DNA of 64,000 nt from the human T2T-CHM13v2.0 reference genome, Homo sapiens (GCF_009914755.1 NC_060927.1), one strand, 5' to 3'; counted from the first letter of the stretch, positions 23,787 to 39,998 are shown. A program made the numbers and translations. Notes: generated by a model not told the origin, from the letters alone.

Positions 23787-26252
23787 AGGCAGATTTGCTC
23801 AAAATGAGTCTGTAGATTTGTTAGCTTTAACCAGAATGGGGATGTGGCCATAACAAGCCCTCAAGCTGCCAGACTTCACTCCAGCAAACAGGTGACTTCC
23901 TTAAAGCCCAAGACAGACTGTAAACAACCCACAAGACTCATCAAACCAAAACCTCTGATGAAGATGGTATCTTCTTACGTAAGTACACATACAAAAATTT
24001 CAATCCCTGTTGCTCTAGACTCTGAGTTTAGCTGATAAATCCAATGAAATAGAAAACCAGGGGTTAAAACCACAAGGAAAGGAGCCCAAGCATCTATTAG
24101 AAGGGCAAGTCTATTTACTGGTAGCCGAGACCTTCTAATGTGTTTCCATGATATCAGGCAGCACTCATGGAAAGCTGTGGAAAATGTAGGACAACATGTC
24201 TATTTGACAGAATCAGGAAATACACACAGAGTATAAGGTATGACCTAGGTCAAAACCCAGAATCCAAGATCAGGACTCCTTTTGGGGAAGAATCTTGGCC
24301 TTATGAGGTTGGTTGGAAATGTCAGTGTAGCTGTTATAGTTTCCTGGAGTAGGTTTAGACTACACAGAGACTTTCATTCTTTCACAGGAAATGAACGGTC
24401 ACCACGAAGATGCTTAGGGCATTTGTAAGGATGACAGCCACTTTTGTGATTTGCCTATCACAAGCTGTTCAATTTTGGCTTAATTTTATGTAAATAGCAC
24501 TTTCTCTCGGCACTCTATGGATCACATGTTTGCAAGGAAAAGAGAGGAGTACACATAAAGCTCCTTGAGATATAGAATGAGATTTTCCCAGACATAAAGT
24601 ATAGCTCAGACCTACAAAAGTGTATAATACCTAGTGGTATAAAGAACACTGTACAACATTTTTTCTCTGTCCTCCATGTGTTTACCCTGTGGTTGAAGAG
24701 TTAAATTCTCATATAAAAACAATTATATAAGTATGGGAAAAATATTGACCTACTGAGGAACTTTATAGCAAAGTCTTATTCTATTAAGAATTTTAAGATA
24801 ATATTTAGCGTAATGGAAATAAGGTTCTTACAACAGAGTTTATTTTTTTCCTCCTTGTACATTGGTAAACAAATATACCAGACAGAGTAAGCAATGTTAT
24901 AGTCTGGGACAAATTATATTATTGATTCTTTAAAAGACTTTTAATTTATGAGAAGGTTATGGCAGTCTAATCAAATAAATGGAAATTCATGTAGGTATGA
25001 GTCAAATAATCAAACATTATTATTCTTACTCTATTATACTTTTATGACCATAAATGCAATTTTATTTCAAAATATTAAACTTGTGATAGTATAGGAAGGA
25101 CTTCATCCTTAAGATGTTGGAGCTGAAAATTTTAGGCCTTAAGAACTAATCCTGATATTTATGAAATGGATAAGTTTTCTTGGTTTTTATACTGATAATA
25201 TATGTGGTATAATGTACAACTACAGAAGTGCCCCTACTTGAGACATATAAATAACAACAAATACTACTATAATAACCACCTTGAAATGAGTTTTTAATTG
25301 CTTTGATGACTATAGTAGCAATTCCCAAAATATGCTAGCTCTGTTTACTTTCAATTTTATTCGGCATATGGGCGTAGGAAAGCATTAGCATTTTCCAATT
25401 CCAAGGATGAATGTGTTTAATGTTAAAATAACTCAGAACAGTTTTATGTTTTTCATCATGAAGTTCAAGTAAGAAATATAAATACAGAAACTTGGGTCTG
25501 CTGCTATTCTGCCTATAAATTTGGTCAATCTGGTGAGGACGTGACCATAGAGAGCTTATGGATCAACTATTTGGGCTTCCTTTTACTACCAACTAAAACA
25601 CATGATGCAAAATTATTTCCATCAATAGGACAACTATTTGAAAACATTCATACTGTGTAGACATGTTTTTAACCTCAATTTTTTCCCATCAATTCTGAAT
25701 ATATTTTTCGTGGGGGCTGGAGGTTGTAGTGATTGGTGCCATACCTAATAGTGGGGTATCAAAAAGTGACGGAGATTTGGGCTTGAGTCTCAGTCAACAC
25801 AGTCAGCTTGCAAGAAATATAACTATTAATCACATTTATCAACTGAACTTAATTTTGATTGTGAGACCCCATTCTGCTGAGTGTTGGAAACTCAATCATT
25901 TTGGAGTTACAGCTGTGTTCTCCCAGTGCAGGTCCAGTGACCATGAGACTTGTAAAATGCCAAGATATGGGGAATGGGGATGGAGGAAGAATTTGGCATA
26001 GGTTGTCATGTGTCAGCCCTGGCATCTTCAGAGACAGCTTTTGTCTCATCTGATCTTTAGTTGTCTATCAGCACAAAACACTTCTGAGTTTCTATTTTTC
26101 CTGACAATTAGATTCTTTCAAGTTTTCTCCATAAACTTATTCCAGTGCCCATCTCAGATATTGTGTTTATTTGTGTTATTCTTGCATCATGCACTCTCAG
26201 GAAACTTGACAAGTTTAGTTGAACTCTTCATTTTCATGCTTTGCTTAGGCAT

Positions 26253-26631
26253 TGTATTAGTTCATTTTCACACTGCTATAAAGATACTACCCAAGACTGG
26301 GTAATTTATAAAGAAAAGAGGTTTAATTGACTCACAGTTCTGCATGGCAGGTGAAGCCTCAGGAAACTTACAATCATTGTAGAAGGTGAAGGGGAAGCAA
26401 AGACTTTCTTCATGTGGCGGCAAGAAAGAGAGAGCCAGCAACAGCAGGGAAAACTGCTTTATAAAACCATAAGATCTCATAAGAACTCATTCACTATCAC
26501 AAGAACAGCACAGGGGAAACCGTCCCATGATCCAATCACCTCCCGCCTGATTCCTCTCTCTACACATGGGGATTATGAGGATTACAATTCAAGATGAGAT
26601 TTGTGTGCAGACACAAAGACTAACCACATCA
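26253..26631 (-). mobile_element. THE1D-like solo LTR
   Basis: TGTATTAGTTCATTTTCACACTGCTATAAAG...ACCACATCA. TSD GGCAT/GGTGT, both derivable from GGCGT by CpG decay. Confidence 0.88.
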
Positions 26632-27387
26632 GGTGTGTTAGAATTAACCTACTGCTCCTATATAATACTGTAACTGACATAAGGGAGAATTCTGAAAAAG
26701 CCTCAGGCCAATCTCTTTAGACATACCATGTGACCATTCCAACTCCAGGTTTCATTTGCATGCCCATCCTCATCCAGGCTAAGCAGGTCTCTTCAACAAA
26801 CATTAGCTAATACCTGATAGTATGGAATTACACTTCAGTGTCTGATAGAGCCCTAAGAACGCTGAGAAACAGATAGTATCTTTTAGCACTTAGAGCTTGG
26901 ACTAGGTCTTAAGGGAGAGGATTCCCTAAGGAAGTACTAAGTGAAAGTGACTTAAGGGTGGGATAACAGGAGCAAAGAAATGGAGGCGGAAACAATGAGA
27001 CATGGATGTGACAGTTAGTTTAAAATCAATGAGAACACTGATTTGGTTATAAAGTTGGGTTCATGATGGGGAATCGTGGAAAGTAAGGTTGACCACGTAG
27101 TGTGAGCCACTTTACAGTAAATTTGTTAGGGCCAGAGCTGTGTTTCTTTTATAATAATGAGTTTTTTCTCCCACTTTTGACTGAGAACAATTTCAGGAAA
27201 GTGGAGAACAGAGAAGGCCAGTCCTAAAATATACAATTATGTACAGAAATTTTGATTTTAGTATAGTCAATATTGCTTCTTTTCCACCTTTCCTTCATAA
27301 TAAATTTTAATGAAGATGGATGGGTTTCCAGCTCTCCGGTGAACTTGTGATTCTTGTGAGATAACCTTGCATGGGTCTCTGGAATAA

Positions 27388-27910
<523 letters not shown>

Positions 27911-29221
27911 TGTGGCTTCTAATAGAAGTTAAGTCATCCTTTTTCCTGTGCTGTTTTGCCTCAAACCAGCAACCATGGTTTAACTCAGGCGGTGCTGTGT
28001 GCAGAGGGAGAAGCTACCACAAAGCTGGAGAGCTGCTTTTTGACCATTCTTTGGAGTGCCACATTCTGCTGTGGTTTTGCTCCTATAATAGGTCTTTTGC
28101 TCTACACCTTTGCAGAGATGCATACAAATGTTTCTGCAAAGTACCATAACATCTTAAAGAATGCAGTGTTTGGCCCTGAGGCCATGTGTCTTGAAATTTT
28201 TTGTGTGTATTTATGAATGTGGGGACTTAGGGGAGTGAGATAGGGTGAATAGGTGAATATTTAATTGAATATTCTTTAATTGAATATGCCGATATGAATT
28301 TTATTAATGTGGAGGTTTTTTTTGGAATGTAGAATGACTATCTTTGCCTATTATCATTAACTTGTGTTCTAGAAATAAATATTAAATCAAAGAAAAAAGA
28401 ATTCTTAAAAATTAGAAGAAATCACAAAAGTTTATATAGTGCTGTTTGAGACAAAATAAATCTAAAGGGTTCCATCTGCTGGTAGAAATAAAAAATGAAT
28501 ACAAATTAAAATATGCATTGTAAAAATTATCTGGCAAATTAGAAGTGATAGTCACAGAAGTTTAAATTGAAAGAACAATCATCTACTTCCTTTATTTTAA
28601 AAACTATCATGGAACATGAAAATAAATACGTAGTTGTTTTAAAATATATTATAGAAAGCAAACAGATAATAAGCATTGTTTGTTTGTTTTTTTTTAACTA
28701 TAAGCTTTGTGAAGGTAGGGGCCATGTCTATATTGTTCCTTAATATATTCCCAACTCTTGGTAAAGTGCTATGCAAATATATGTAAATAATTTTGTCACA
28801 TGATTCAGAGTTACATGAGACCTAAAAGGATGTAACAGAAAGTTTATATTTTTAACTCAAGGAACCATAAATTTATATTATGAAATTATAGAAAATACAC
28901 TTATAATAAATTTACTTCTTAAATAGAAGTTCTCCACTGAAGAATTTAATATCAATTTGTAATGATATATTTTATTTCTCAGAAAGATAAGTCTAGCAGT
29001 CAGGATAAACTATGTTATGCTGTGGTAAAAAATGATTCCCAAATCTCAATCTCAGTGACTTACAACAAAGGTTATTTTCTTGTTCACATCCATCATGAGT
29101 TTCCTGCACTCTGCTCCTTATGTGTGTTCATTCTGGGACCCAAGCTGTTGAAACACCTATCTGGAACATAACTGATCGTCCTGACACAGAGAGAGAGATG
29201 TGGCACTAAACATATGTGTTT

Positions 29222-30640
29222 TCCTTTTTAATAACAGTTTTATTGAAGTATAATTTTCATACATTTAGCCATTCTTAGTGTACAATTCAATGTTTGTTAG
29301 TAAATTTACAGAATTGTGCAACTGACCACCACAGTCCACTTTTAGAACATGTCCATCGCCCCCAAAACATCTCCTGAGTGCATTTGCAGTGAATCTTCAT
29401 TGCTATACCCAGCCCTAGAAAATAATTAATCTGCTTTCTGTCTAAAAATTTGCCTTTTATAGATATTCCATATGAATGAAAACATATTTGTAATCTTTTA
29501 TGTCTGACTTCTTTCACTCAGCATGTTTTTGAGGTTCATCTGTGCTGTACCATGTCAGAAGTTTTTATGACTTTTTAAGAAACTGTTAAACATGTACAAA
29601 GTGACAAATCATTTTATATTCCTACCAGCAACATATGTGGGTTACAGTTTCTCCATATCTTCACCAACGCTTATTTTGTTTGTCTTTTTTTATTATAGGC
29701 ATTTTAATAGGTAGAAAGTGGTTTCTCATTACAGTTTTAATTTGCATTTTCTAATTCAAATGACTTAATGTGATTGAGCCTCTTTTCATGTACTTATCAG
29801 CCATGTCTTTGGTGAAATGTCTATTCAAATTCTTTGCCTCTTTTGTATGTTATCTTCTTATTTAATTATAAGAGTTCTTTATATATTCTGGATAACATTT
29901 TTATTAAGTCTATGATTGACAGGTATCTTCTCCCAGTCTGTGGCTTGTCTTTTCATTTTTCTTAAGTGTCTTTTGAGGGACAAGAATTTTTAAAATTTTT
30001 ATGAAATCCAATGTGTCATTTTTTTCTTTTATGCATTATGCCTTTGATGTTCTATATAAGAACTCTTTGCCTAACCCAAGAAATTCCAGCGCCATGAAGA
30101 TTTTCTATTATGTGTTTCTCTAGAAGTTTTATAGTTTTCATTCTTACATTTGAGTTTATGATCCATTTTGAGTTAATTTTTGTGTTTAGTATAAGGAAAG
30201 CTGTCTCATTCTTCATTTTTTCCCATTAAGTTTCTGGCTCCTCTGCTAATCTGTTGTTTGCTCTAAGCTTAATCACACCCTAAGGCTAACTATGATATCA
30301 TCCCTCCCCAATTATTTGTCACCAAAATCACTGTTGTTCTTGACAATGTCCTGGACATGGGGACTTCCGACTCTACTCCAAATGAAGCCAGTCCACTTTG
30401 GCAGTAAAGATGATGGTTTTCCTGGTCCATCCTGTCCCTAAGGTGGTGTGGGCTAAAATGCCATTAAATAACACCATTCTTACCCAAGGTTCAGTAGTTT
30501 TCTTAAATATAAGTTTTTGAGTTATTTGTATGCCTTTGGTTGATTTTGATAGTTGGGAGTTTTTTTTTCAAGTGTCCAATTTTATTTTTGCTTTTTGGGG
30601 AGAAGATTTGCCAATCTCTTCACTCCACCATTCCAGAAGT
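29222..30640 (-). mobile_element. Old L1M (MB-like) 3' portion
   Basis: Antisense L1 3'UTR/ORF2 phrases (TTTATTGAAGTATAATT, TTGCATTTTCTAAT, GTGAAATGTCTATTCAAAT, CTCTTTGCCTAACCCAAG). Confidence 0.75.
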
Positions 30641-30813
30641 CTCAGCCTCTCTGGGGTAATTTTTATAATATGGGCATTTGAATACCTTAAAACATTATAA
30701 AATGTGTTATTTTTGTCAGAGTTCATGAGCTTAAAGCAAGTCACATAGTCATTCCTTTGTTCAATAGAGAGAGATATAGAATCCTCCCATAGGAAGGAAC
30801 ATCACAGGGATAA

Positions 30814-31391
30814 TGTGGTAGGCAGCTCATGACATAGTTTCCAGTGTCACACCTTGGCGTCATCCCTTTCCCTTGAGTATGGTGTGGACTTAATCACCCT
30901 CTTCCAGAATAGATAGAATTCAGTAAGAGTGATGGACTGTCATTTCTGTAATTAAGTTAGGAAAGACTACTACTTCAGTCTTGCTAGCTTTCTCTTTCTA
31001 GTGGGCACTCTTTCATTCCATCTTGCCTTTTTGGGTTGCTCACATTGATGAAGCAAGCTACAATTTTGGAGAAACTCATATGGCTAGGAACTGAAGGTGA
31101 ACCCCAGCCAATTCCCAGCAAAGGACTGAGGCTCTCCTATTGAGTTAAAAAGCCCACAAGGAACTGAAGCCTGCAAACAAACAGAATGAGCTTGGAAGCA
31201 GATTCTTACTCAGTTGAAGCATGAAATGACGATAGCCCTGGCTGACACCGTGATTGTGGCCTTGTGAGAGATCCTGAAGCTGAGGACCCAGTTAAGCCAT
31301 GTCCACATTCCTGATCCACAGAAACTGCTTGATGTGTAAACCACTAAATTGAAGGGGTAATTTTTTTGTGCAGCGATATATAACGAATACA
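30814..31391 (+). mobile_element. MLT1 (E/F-like) solo LTR
   Basis: TGTGGTAGGCAG ... GTGCAGCGATATATAACGAATACA termini with an MLT1 interior. Confidence 0.8.
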
Positions 31392-31789
31392 GAGAGTAAC
31401 TAAAACATTTAGTAAAGAGTGAAAAATAATCCACAATAATAGGTATGGAGCTGGATAGGATATTTCTTATCATACATCAGCACTTCTAAATGAATCACAT
31501 TTTGATCAGGGTGGCTTTCTGTGGGTCTCATAATCTGGCATTTGCTCTGAATAGCAAAGTAAGTATTTTTTTTAAATGAGATTGGAAAAAGATATTTTCT
31601 TGTGCATTATTAATGGTAGTACTCTAATTTCTCATTGATATTTTGTAATTGGCAAATGTTTTGATGACTGTCTACTCTTTATAATTTAGTGTTACTTTAA
31701 ATAATATGTAAATACTAAAATCAATAAGCTTCACTTATATAGAAAGTATTCAGTAAAAAACATAAGGGAAAACTCTTCCAAAAACTAGA

Positions 31790-32595
<806 letters not shown>

Positions 32596-32629
32596 CACTT
32601 TTCTTTACTATTAATATTTTACATCATTA

Positions 32630-32926
<297 letters not shown>

Positions 32927-34055
32927 CCCCACACCTCCCCCTGCCTGCCCAGAAAAGAAAAGGAATAACTGAAAGTAAAATGAAAACTTTTATTTTTTAT
33001 TCTTTATTGATCTTAAATATAACAGTTTGTTCAAAATAAGAATATCAACAATGTATTCAGGTATGTAATTATGTATGCTTACATATAAGTGAACTGAATG
33101 ATACAACCAATAATACAAGGGATGAAAGGGAAGAATTAGGATTATTTTATTACAAGGTACCCACACTGTGCGTGAAATTATATAGTGTGATGAAAAATGG
33201 ACTTAGATTAGTTGTAAATATAGATTGTAAACTCTGGGGCAACCCCCAAAATTTTTTTAACAAAATATAGATGAGAGGGTAAGAAATAAGAGAAAATGGA
33301 ATTATAGAAAATGCTTAATTAAAACCACAAAAAGCAGAAAAAGACTAGAAGAGCAAAATCAGGAACAAAGGACAAGTTCAATGAAATGAAAACAGTAGCA
33401 AATATAGTAGATATTAATCTAGCTGTATTCACAATTGCTTTGAATGTTAATGGCCTAAATGTATCAATTAAAATACAGAGATAGAGTGGCTCAAAAGACA
33501 AGACCCAATATATGTAGTCTGTAAGAAACTCACTTTAAATATAAAAAAACATATAAAATAAATGTCAATGAATGGAGAAAGATATACCATGATACAACTA
33601 GTCATAGAGTAGCTTATATTAATTTCAGACAGAGGAAACTTCAGAGCAAGGAGAGTTATCAGGTATGAAAAGGGGCATTACGTAATGATTAAGGGGTCAA
33701 TTCTACAAAGAAGACATAACAATCTTTAATATGTATGCATCTAACAACACAAAATCAAAACACATGTGTAAAAACTGATAAAATTCCAAGGAGAAAAGAT
33801 TAATCCACTGTTATAATTGGATACTTCAACTCTGCTTTGTCAGAAATGGACTGATTTAGCAAACATAAAATCAGTAAGGATATAGTTGAACTCAACAATA
33901 CCATCAATCAGCTGAATATAATGGACATCTATAGACTACTTCATCCAACAACAGAATATTAATTCTTCCCAAACTAACCTGGAACATTCACTAAGAAAGA
34001 TCACATTCTAGGCCATTAGACACACTTTAACAAATTCAAAATATCATACAATGTC

Positions 34056-34359
34056 GCCGGGTGCGGTGGCTCACACCTGTAATCCCAGCACTTTTGGAGG
34101 CCGAGGAGGGCGGATCATGAGGTCAGGAGATCGAGACCATTCTGGCTGGCACGGTGAAACCCCGTCTCTACTAAAAATACAAAAAATTAGCCAGGCGTGG
34201 TGGTGGGCGCCTGTAGTCCCAGCTACTCGGGAGGCTGAGGCAGGAGAATGGCATGAACCCCGGGGGGTGGAGCCTGCAGTGAGCGGAGATCGCGCCACTG
34301 CGGTCCAGCCTGGGCAACAACAAGACTCTGTCTCAAAAAATAAATAAATAAATAAATAA
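34056..34359 (+). mobile_element. AluY
   Basis: GAGATCGAGACCAT and GAGAATGGCATGAACCCGG diagnostics, (TAAA)n tail, TSD ATCATACAATGTC at 34043-34055 and 34360-34372. Confidence 0.95.
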
Positions 34360-35140
34360 ATCATACAATGTCTACTCCCAGACCATGATAGAGTTAAACT
34401 AGAAGCCAATAACAGAAAGGTAGCTGGAAAACCGATTAATACTTGGAAATTAATGCACTTCTTAATAACAAATTGGTCAAGAGGAAATCTCAAGAGGTAT
34501 TAAAAGTATTTTAAAGAAAATAAAATGAAAACAGCTTATCAAAATTCACAGATACTGTAAAAGCAGTGCTTACAGGGAAATTTATAGCATTGAATGCGTA
34601 TGTTAGAAAAGAGGAAAAGTCTAAAATCAAACATCTAAGCTTCTACTTTAGGAAATTAGAAAAAAGAGCAAATTAAAGTAAGCAGAAGAAAAGAAATAAA
34701 AATTACACCAGAAATCAATGAAATTGAAAACAGGAAATAATACAGAAAATAAATGAAAGCAAAAGCAAAATCAATAAACCTCTAGCCAGGCTAACTAAAA
34801 AAAAAAAAGAAAAGAAAAGAAAGAAAGGGCACAAACTACTAATATTAGAAATGAGAGAAGGAACATCATGACTGATCCCATGGAGATTAAAAAGATATTA
34901 AAGGAACACTATGAACAAGTCTATGCCCACAAATTTGATGATACAGATGAAATGGACCAATTCTTTGAGAGAGAGTTGGCCAAAACTCAGGCAAGAAGAA
35001 AAAGATAATCTGCATAAGCCTATATCTGGTTAAAAAAAATCAAATCAATTATTACCTCCCAAAACAGAAAGTATCAGGCCCAGATGGGTTCACTGATTAA
35101 TTCTACCAATCGTTTAGGGAAGAAATGATACCAGTTCTTT

Positions 35141-38100
35141 TTTTTGTTCTTTTTATATTATACTTTAAGTTCTGGGATACAGGTGCAGAATGTGCAGTTT
35201 TGTTACATAGGTATACACGTGCTATGGTGGTTTGCTGCACCCATCAACCCATCATGTACATCTGGTATTTCTCCGAATGCTATCCCTCCCCTAGCCCCCC
35301 ACCCCACTACAGGCCCCGGTGTGTGATGTTCCCCTTCCTGTGTCCATGCGTTCTCATTGTTCAACTCCCACTTATGAGTGAGAATATGCAGTGTTTGGTT
35401 TTCTGTTCCTGTGTTAGTTTGCTGAGAATGATGGTTTCCAGCTTCATCCATGTCCCTGCAAAGGACATGAACTCATCCTTTTTTATGGCTGCATAGTATT
35501 CCATGGTGTGTATGTGCCACAGTTTCTTCATCCAGTCTATCATTGATGGGCATTTGGGTTGGTTCCAAGTCTTTGCTATTGTGAACAGTGGTGCAATAAA
35601 CATGCTTGTGCATGTGTCTTTATAGTAGAATGATTAATAATCCTTTGGGTATATACCCAGTAATGGGATTGCTGGGTCAAATGGTATTTCTGGTTCTAGA
35701 TCCTTGAGGAATTGCCACACTGTCTTCCACAATGGTTGAACTAATTTACACTCCCACCAACTGTAAAAGCATGCCTATTTCTCCACATCTTCTCCAGCAT
35801 CTGTTGTTTCCTGACTTTTTAATGATTGCCATTCTAACTGGCATGAGATCATATCTCGTAGTGGTTTTGATTTGCATTTCTCTAATGACCAGGGATAATG
35901 AGCTTTTTTTCATATGTTTTTTGGTTGCATAAATGTCTTCTTTTGAGAAGTGTCTGTTCATATCCTTCACCCACTTTTTGATGGGGTTGTTTGTCTTTTT
36001 CTTGTAAATTTGTTTAAGTTCCTTGTAGATTCTAGATATTAGCCCTTTGTCAGATGGCTAGATTGCAAAAAATTTCTCCCATTCTGTAAGTTGCCTTTTC
36101 ACTCTGATGATAATTGCTTTTGCTGTGCAGAAGCTCTTTAGTTTAGTTAAATCCCGTTTGTCAATTTTGCCTTTTGTTGCCATTGCTTCTGGTGTTTTAG
36201 TCATGAAGTCTTTGCCCATGCCTATATCCTGAATGGTATTGCCTAGGTTTTCTTCTAGGGTTTTTATGATTTTATGTCTTACATTTAAATCTTTAATGCA
36301 TCTCGAGTTAATTTTTGTGTAAGTTGTAAGAAAGGGGTCCAGTTTCAGTTTTCTGCATATGGCTAGCCAGTTTTCCCAACACCATTTATTAAATAGGGAA
36401 TCCTTTTCCCATTGCTTGTTTTTGTCAGGTTTGTCAAAGATCAGATGGTTGTAAATGTATGGCGTTATTTCTGGGGCCTCTGTTCTGTTCCTTTCTCTCT
36501 GGCTGCCCTTAACATTTTTTTCCTTCATTTCATCCTTGGTGAATCTGACGATTATGTGTCTTGGGATTGCTCTTCTCAAGGAGTATCTTTGTGTTGTTCT
36601 CTGTATTTCCTGAATTTGAATGTTAGCCTGTCTTGCTAGGTTGGGATTCTCCTGGCTAATATCCTGAAGAGTGTTTTCCAACTTGGTTACATTGTCTCCA
36701 TCACTTTCATGTACACCAATCAAACATAGGTTTGGTCTTTTCACATAGTTCCATATTACTTGGAGCCTTTGTTCATTCCTTTTTCATTCTTTGTTCTCTA
36801 ATCTTGTCTTCATGCTTTATTTCATTAAGTTGATCTTCAATCTCTGATATCCTTTTTTCCACTTGATTGATTCAGCTGTTGATACTTGTGTATGCTTCAT
36901 GAAATTTTCATGCTGTGTTTTTCAGCTCCATCAGGTCATTTATGTTTTTCTCTAAACTGGGTCTTCTAGTTAGCAATTCCTCTAACCTTTTTTCAGGGTT
37001 CTTAGTTTCCCTGCATTGGGTTAGAACATGTTCCTTTAGTTTGGAGGAGTTTGTTATTACCCACCTTCTGAAGCTTACTTCTGTCAATTCATCAAACTCA
37101 TTCTCCATCCAGTTTTGTTCCCTTGCTGGTGAGGAGTTGTGATCCTTTGGAGGAGAAGAGGCGTTTTGGTTTTTGGAATGTTCAGCCTTTTTGTGCTGGT
37201 TTTTCCTCATCTTTGTGGATTTATCTACCTTTGGTCTTTGATGCTGGTGACCTTCGAATGGGGTTTTGGTGTGGACGTCCTTTTTATTGATGTTGATGTG
37301 ATTCCTTTCTGTTTGTTAGTTTTCCTTCTAACAGTCAGGCCCCTCTGCTGTAGGTCTACTGGAGTTTGCTGGAGGTCCACTCCAGACTCTGTTTGCCTGG
37401 ATAACACCAGCAGAGGCTGCAGAATAGCAAAGATTGCTGCCTGTTCCTTCCTCTGTAAGCTTCATCCCAGAGGGGCACCTGCCAGATGCCAGCCGGAGCT
37501 CTCCTGTATGAGTTGTCTGTCGACCCCTGCTGGGAGGTGTCTCCCAGTCAGGAGGCACGGGGTCAGGGACCCACTGGAGGAGGCAGTCTGTCCCTTAGCA
37601 GAGCTAGAGCGCGGTGCTGGGAGATCCACTGCTGTCGTCAGAGCCAGCAGGCAGGAACGTTTTAAGTCTGCTGAATCTGCCCCCACAGCTGCCCCTACCC
37701 CCAGGTGCTCTGTCCGAGGAAGATGGGAGTTTTATCTATAATCCCCTGACTGGGGCTGCTGCGTTTCTTTCAGAGATGCCCTGCCCAGAGACGAGGAATC
37801 TAGAGAGGCAGTCTGGCTACAGCAGTTTTGCTGAGCTGCGGTGTGCTCCACCCAGTTCGAACTTCCCGGCAGTTTTGTTTACACAGTGAAAACTGCCTAC
37901 TCAAGCCTCAGTAATGGCAGATGCCCCTCTCCCCACCAAGCTTGAGCATCCCAGGTTGACTTCACACTGCTGTGCTGGCAGTGAAAATTTCAAGCCAGTG
38001 GATTTTAGCTTACTGGGCTCCATGTGGTTGGGATCTGCTGAGCTAGACCACTTGGCTCCCTGGCTTCAGCCCCCTTTCCAGTTGAGTAAAAGGTTTTGTC

Positions 38101-38547
38101 TTTCTGGCATTCCAGGTGCCACTGGGGTATGAAAAAAAAACTCCTGCAGCTAGCTCAGTGTCTGCCCAAATGGGTGCCCAATTTTGTGCTTGAAACCTAG
38201 GGCCCTGGTGGTATAGGCATCTGAGGGAATCTCCTGGTCTACGGGTTGTGACGATCATGGGAATAGCATAGTTTCTGGGCCAGAATGCACCATTCATCAC
38301 CACACAGTCCCTCACAGCTTCCCTTGGCTAGGGTAGGGAGTTCCCCAACCCCTTGAGTTTCCCAGGTGTGTTGCAACACACCACCCTGCTTTGGCTTACC
38401 CTCCATGGGCTGCACCCACTGTCTAACCAGTCCCAGTGAGATGAGCTTGGTACCTCAGCTGGAAATGCAGAAATCACCCACCTCTGCGTTGATCTTGCTG
38501 GGAGCTGCAGACCGGAGCTGTTCCTATTTGACCATCTTGCCAGCCAC
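35141..38547 (-). mobile_element. L1PA7-like LINE-1 with both ends intact but a ~3 kb internal deletion (ORF1/ORF2 fusion)
   Basis: 5'UTR start at 38547 and 3'UTR/poly-A at 35141. 15-bp TSD TGATACCAGTTCTTT at 35126-35140 and 38548-38562. ORF 36058-36744 switches from ORF1p ([18 protein letters not shown]) to ORF2p C-terminal sequence ([16 protein letters not shown]). Confidence 0.92.
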
Positions 38548-39547
38548 TGATACCAGTTCTTTACAATCTCTTTGAGAAGACAGAAAGAGAAGGAATACTT
38601 GGTAACTCATTGCATAAGGCCAGCTTTACACACTACCAAAACCAGGCAAAGACACTATAAGAAAAAAAAAAAACAATAAACCAATTTCTCTCATGAAGAT
38701 AGATGCCAAAATCCTCAACAAAATCCAGCCAATTAAACCCAACAATGTATAAAAATAATTATACACCACATCCAAGTGGGATTTATCCTAGATATGTGAG
38801 GCTAATTCACCATTTGAAAATCAATTAATGTAATACATCACACTAACAGGCTGAAGAAGAAAAATAGCATGATCATATCAATAGATGCAGAAAAGCATTT
38901 GACAAATTCCAACATCCTTTATGATAAAACTCAGCAAACTAGGTGTAGAGGGAAACTTCTTCAACTTGAGAAAGAATGTCTGCAAAAAACTCTACAGTTA
39001 ACGTTGTACTCAATGATGAGAGACTCAAAGCTTTCCCATTAAGATTATAAATAAAGCAAGAATCTTCCTTCTTACAATTGCTTTTCAACACCATACTGAA
39101 AGTCCTAACTAAAAAAGTTTAAAAAGAAAAAGAAGTTATATAGGTTGGGAAAGAATAAACAACTGTTTTTGTTCACTGATGATATGATATCTATGTAGAA
39201 AATTTGAAAGTACTGGTAAAACCCCTGGAACTAACAGCAATTAAATCAAGGTTGCAGGATACAAAGTTAATATTAAAAAGTCAATCATTTACCTATATGC
39301 CACCAATGAACAAGTGGAATTTGAAATTTAAAACACAGTGCCATTTATATTTGCACCCTGAGAAATGAAATACTTAGGCATAAATACAAAAAATGTACAA
39401 GATCTAAATGAGAAAAACTATGTAACTCTGATGAAAGAAATTAAGGAACTAAATAAGTGGAGAGAGATTTCATTTCATGGATAGGCCACAATTTTGTCCC
39501 AATATTAATTCTTCCTGACTTGATCTGTAGATTCAAGGCAACCCCAA

Positions 39548-39998
39548 TGTGATGGTTAATATTAAGTGTCAACTTGATTGGACTGAAGGATACAAAGTAT
39601 TGTTCCTGGGTGTGTCTGTGAGGGTGTTGCCAAAGGAGGTTAACATTTGGTCAGTGGACTGGGACAGGCAGACCCACCCTCAATCTGAGTGAGCACAATT
39701 TAATCAGCCGCCAGCATGGCCAGAATAAAAGCAGACAGAAGAATGTGAAAAGGCTAGACTGGCTTAGTCTCCCAGGCTGCATCTTTCTCCTGTGCTGGAT
39801 GCATCCTATCCTCGAACATCAGACTCCAAATTCTTCAGCTTTGGGACTCAGACTGGTTCCCTTGCTCCTCAGCTTGCAGATGGCCTATTGTAGGGCCTCA
39901 CCATGTGATCATGTGAGTCAATACTCCTTAATAAACTCCCCTATATAAATACATCTCTCCTATTAGTTCTGTCCCACTAGAGAACCTTGACTAATATA
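39548..39998 (+). mobile_element. MLT2A1-like solo LTR (HERV-L)
   Basis: TGTGATGGTTAATATT..GTGTCAACTTGATTGG start and GAGAACCTTGACTAATATA end, 451 bp. 5-bp TSD CCCAA at 39543-39547 and 39999-40003. Confidence 0.9.
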
